NCBI RefSeq assembly: GCF_009914755.1
Contig: NC_060925.1
From: the human T2T-CHM13v2.0 reference genome, Homo sapiens
DNA: 64,000 nucleotides
Direction: 5' to 3' (one strand)
The position numbers and the translations under genes were made by a program. Positions 59,657 to 64,000 of this stretch are shown here, one piece after another; position 1 is the first letter of the stretch, and every line of letters starts with the position of its first letter. The notes under the pieces were generated by a model, which did no database searches, was not told the DNA's origin, and saw nothing but the letters and a program-made list of their open reading frames with translations.

Positions 59657-60579
59657 CTGTGGAGAGGGAAACATTAAAAATAAATCTCACCTTGTTTATT
59701 AATGTTATTCATAGTTGAAAGCAAGTACTAAATACTAAATTTAATATAAAAATTTTCGGGAAAGAAAAAAACAATGCAATTTACTGTTAAGTCCTTCCAA
59801 TTTTCTGAGACTAACCAAATCTACTATTTAAAGTTTGCACATAACACTTAAGTCTTGAAAAATAATGCTAGACCTTCTAAACAAATATAAGGAATTATCA
59901 TCAACACTACTGTATACTGTTTGGAATTGGGTAGTAAATGCTCACAGGGAAACCTCTTCTAAGAATGCTGACAAGCTCATCTACTCCCTGAAAAGCCATA
60001 CATGACTGGATTCAAAAATTATAATGGGGGCATGTGCAGATCATGACTCAAATGTAAAATTATTTTGGGCACATTAATAAACAATAAATAATAAAAAAAG
60101 TTTATTGAGCTCCCACAAGAATCATACGCTAAATGTCACACAAATAATTTTAATTTGTGCCTTCTTGCCCTCCAGATTACTTTTCTATACGACCCTGTGC
60201 CAAAATTTAAAATCTATCATTAAGGGACTGGCAGTGAGAGAATATCAATACTGTACTTCAAATGATTTAGAACAAATGAAATTTCAGCGAAAGTGAAAAC
60301 AGATGTGTTCTTAGCCTCAAAAAAAAATATTGTGTGTCAGTTGATCAACTATAATTGCACAAGTCAATTTAGAGAATTCCTGTCATTGAGAAACAGAAAA
60401 TCTACAATTACCACCTATAATGTATATAATTATTTGGGCAAACTCCTCTGCCTTGCATTCAAGCCTTTTGCAACGTGACTCTTACCAACCTTTTCAGGCT
60501 TACTAAATAACCTTTCCCTAAAATATCAGAGTCCAACCAAAATAGAAACAACTTATGTCATTTCCTGATATCAAAAACA

Positions 60580-60820
60580 GGGAGGCAGAACAGCAAATAC
60601 TCTGAAGTCAGCCTACCTGTGTTAAATCTAGCCTTGCCTTTTACTAACTGCATAACTACATAAGCAAGTTAATCTCTCTGTCTCAGCTTCTTCATCTGTA
60701 AAATGAAGATAATAACAATGGTACTTGCCTCAAAGGATTATTGTGGTAATTCAATTAAATAAGGCAATACTCAGGGCTTAGAATGATGCTTTGCAGGTGG
60801 TCAGCACTCAATACATTATC
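60580..60820 (+). mobile_element. MIR
   Basis: Core tctctgtctcagcttcttcatctgtaaaatg. Confidence 0.75.
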
Positions 60821-62418
60821 AATACATAATTATGACTATATATGATACATATGTATCCATACAAAATATTCAATCAGCAATGCTTACTATGTTCGTGTAT
60901 TCCCATTTCTCTATCTTGGCTCATCCTCTCTGAAATATTTTTCTCTAGTCTTTACAGAAAACCCACACACACTTCGAGGGCCAACTTAAGGATAATTCCC
61001 TCCATTAAAGCCTTTCCTCTAGTGATGTGGAACCATCAGTTCAGCAAGATCTCTGGCACTCACTAGCCATTTGACCTTGGAAAAGGTCCTTTGCTTTTCT
61101 GGGGGTTGATTTCTTTAAAGTGTAGAAAATAACAGAGATAAATAATTGGAGATGATAATTCTTATCTCCTAGTGTTGTTATGAAGATGAAATGAGATAAT
61201 GGATGTGTACCTGAGTCAAACATTGTGCTAAAGCCATGTTTCTTTCTTTATGACCAATCTCAGCTTACACATGAGCTCTCGTGGCAGAACGAAATGTTAA
61301 CTTTCAAATGGAATAATTTAGTCTTTTCTAGTTTAAAGATTCTTTGGGTATAACTTAGTCTTGCCTATACAGATAGTCAATTCAAAGTTCCCTATAAAGA
61401 GCAGTTTCTCCTGTTTTCCAAGATGCTCCCCCTGCCCTGCCTTTCCAAGACAGGGTCTGGGTGTAGAAGGAAATTCACATAACTCATGGCATCAGGGAAA
61501 GTGTTGCAGAGAACATCTATTGATTTAGGTGTTTTGTGTTACTTGTGTTTGGCCTTTGGCCCCTGTTCTTGAGACATCTACTGGGAAGTATTCTTGGTCT
61601 ATTTTTTTCAGCAAGGCCAATGCATGGTAATTGCTCAGATGACCTGTCTCCTCTGCCAACTAAATGACCACCACCACCCAGCACTGCAGATCCCTTGAGG
61701 TCTGCTGCCACTCCCATTTGACCCTAGGTTTGAGTGGTCTCCCATGCAGCCCTCCAACATGGGCTCACTTTGGTGACCCTTCTGGCAAACTCACCAAATA
61801 TCTTCTGAATTCACCACAGAGGAGGAAAGAACTTCAGATTCCTTCCATGTCAGAAACAGATTAAGGAAGGATCAAAAGTACAATCTCGGGCCTACTGTCT
61901 ACTTACATAGGTCAACCCACCATTTCTACTCAGTAGCCTTAGGCCCATGTCACTCTAGGAGGCTATATTTTCTCAGAGTTCCAAACAGGAGGTATAGGTG
62001 GGGATATGATAGGGGTGGAGCAGTCTCCTCACCCTAATCTCAACCCCCTCTATAATCAGCAATGTTCTACGTCCCCTTCCTGTTTGTCATAACCTCCATC
62101 ATCTTCACCATGGCATAAAATAAAATTATATAATCCGAATCTACCAAGCTTGTCTGTTGATATGAAAAAAGGGTATTTTCAGAATTTAACAAAGTCTTCT
62201 TCAGCAAAGCCTGGCTTTCAGAACTGTTGTCTCATTGTGGGGTCTCAAAAATATTCAGAAATCAGGAGCTACATATAAACTCTTTATTTTGGAATTTCAT
62301 CATAAAATCTTAATCCTTTTTTAGCTGAATAGAAGGAAGTTCATACATAAAGAAGTGTAATACGAAAAATAAAACACTTTAATATATTGCAGGAACACCA
62401 CTCCTTTTATAGTGGATA

Positions 62419-62833
62419 TTGTGGTGTTCCATTTAGACATCCTCTTCAGGGCCGATAGCCCATCCCCCAACTGGTAGGGATTTGAGGATTTCAGTGGGCC
62501 TGCATGGCTCTGCCTCTCACTGCACATTGCTCTGGGCCACAGGGACCTGCCCTACTCAAAGTTGTTGCCTCTCAAGGGATAGCCCTTGGCCAATGACTGC
62601 ATTATGCAGAGATACAAAGGCCTGTTCCCTTGTCTCAGTGTGGGATGACTCTGAAGGGCTCTTCCAGCTCCACAGTTTCCCAAAGCTCAGGGGAGCCTTG
62701 GATGAAACTGTGCTGTAGGTCAGCTTGTCCCCTTGCCCAATTCTGCCTTCCACACTTGCCCAATAAACCTTCTGCCAACAACTGTCCCAACCCTCCCTCT
62801 CAGAATCTGCTTCCAGGAAACCCAACCTATGAC
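62419..62833 (+). mobile_element. LTR16-like ERVL LTR
   Basis: gatacaaaggcct...gactctgaagggc...cccaataaacct...ctcagaatctgcttccaggaaacccaacct. Confidence 0.68.
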
Positions 62834-62928
62834 TCCTTTGAATTTGTAAATCTAGCACAGAGCAGGCTTTGCACAGAACCCCGCAGCTAGCTATGAAGCC
62901 CCATAACACGTTTCTTGTTCCTTCTCTC

Positions 62929-63271
<343 letters not shown>

Positions 63272-64000
63272 TGAAGCTTATCTTTCCTTATGTTATAGTT
63301 ATTTATATATTTATTTTATCCCTCCAACTAGAATATAAACTTCTTGAGGAGAGATGCTGTGTTTTATGCATCTCTGTGAACCTTGAGACTTCAAACAGCA
63401 AGTCCTATTGTATTCACACGGTCACTCCTTTTTAGAGAAAGAGATGTGGGGTTGCTGTTTGCCTGGGATGGAGGTGGGGGTGAGGGATGTCACCAGAGAC
63501 CAGTGAAAAAAATGTACCATATTGTTTGGCTTCTAAGCTGAAAGACTACTTATTTTTTAAGGCAAGTTTGCATAGCTGTACAACCAAGACCTGGAAGTAG
63601 AATTAGCTGAATCAGCATCCTCTGACCTCAGACTAAAGAGTTAATAGGAGACAGTGTCTCTGTTCTACCCTTAGTTCCAGCTCTTCACACTGGGGGGAAG
63701 CTTGTCAGAGAAATGTGGGGTCCTGCTGATGAATGGAGTATGGATGGGAAGTCTGACAATCTCTCAGGAGTATGACTAACCTGAGGGACTTAGATACAAC
63801 AGAGTCCTGACTAGAGCCCCTGTCCAGGTGACAGCCTTCAAGGACATCAGCAACTGGTCCCAGAACAGGCTTGACCAGATAAATTGATGATCACTGGTCC
63901 CTTCCATTGCCACCACCAGTGACCAATCATACATGAAAAAGATCAGCCACTCCCACCCATTCCCCCAAGGACTGACCAATCACATAAGATACACACACAC

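Overview
Primate (almost certainly human) genomic DNA, not prokaryotic. The minus strand carries the 3' two-thirds of SLC9C2 (NHE11, a sperm/testis Na+/H+ exchanger-like protein). I traced 19 GT-AG exons from 59656 down to the stop codon at 3252-3254. They splice into one uninterrupted 2329-nt frame (1 nt + 775 codons + TGA) covering the end of the NHE domain, a voltage-sensor-like domain and a cyclic-nucleotide-binding-like domain. The 3' UTR has AATAAA at 2643-2648(-). The rest is intronic or downstream repeat sequence: a MER41 provirus end, two large inverted L1PA elements, a full-length Tigger1, MaLR/ERV LTRs, about 20 Alus, and L2/MIR/MER fragments. Nearly all entries in the ORF track are repeat-derived or chance ORFs. 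Best leads: (1) a candidate alternative 3' end in the last intron (54-nt in-frame cassette exon plus an alternative terminal exon whose AATAAA abuts an Alu); (2) a 48-bp tandem duplication that copies a 3' splice site and creates a stop-containing alternative acceptor just after the voltage sensor; (3) a tail-to-tail Alu palindrome with a 3-nt spacer; (4) an inverted-plus-direct duplication inside an MLT1 LTR; (5) degenerate S4, CNBD and NHE motifs. I found no evidence of a wholly new multi-gene system. Repeat subfamily calls are from remembered consensus sequences and are approximate.
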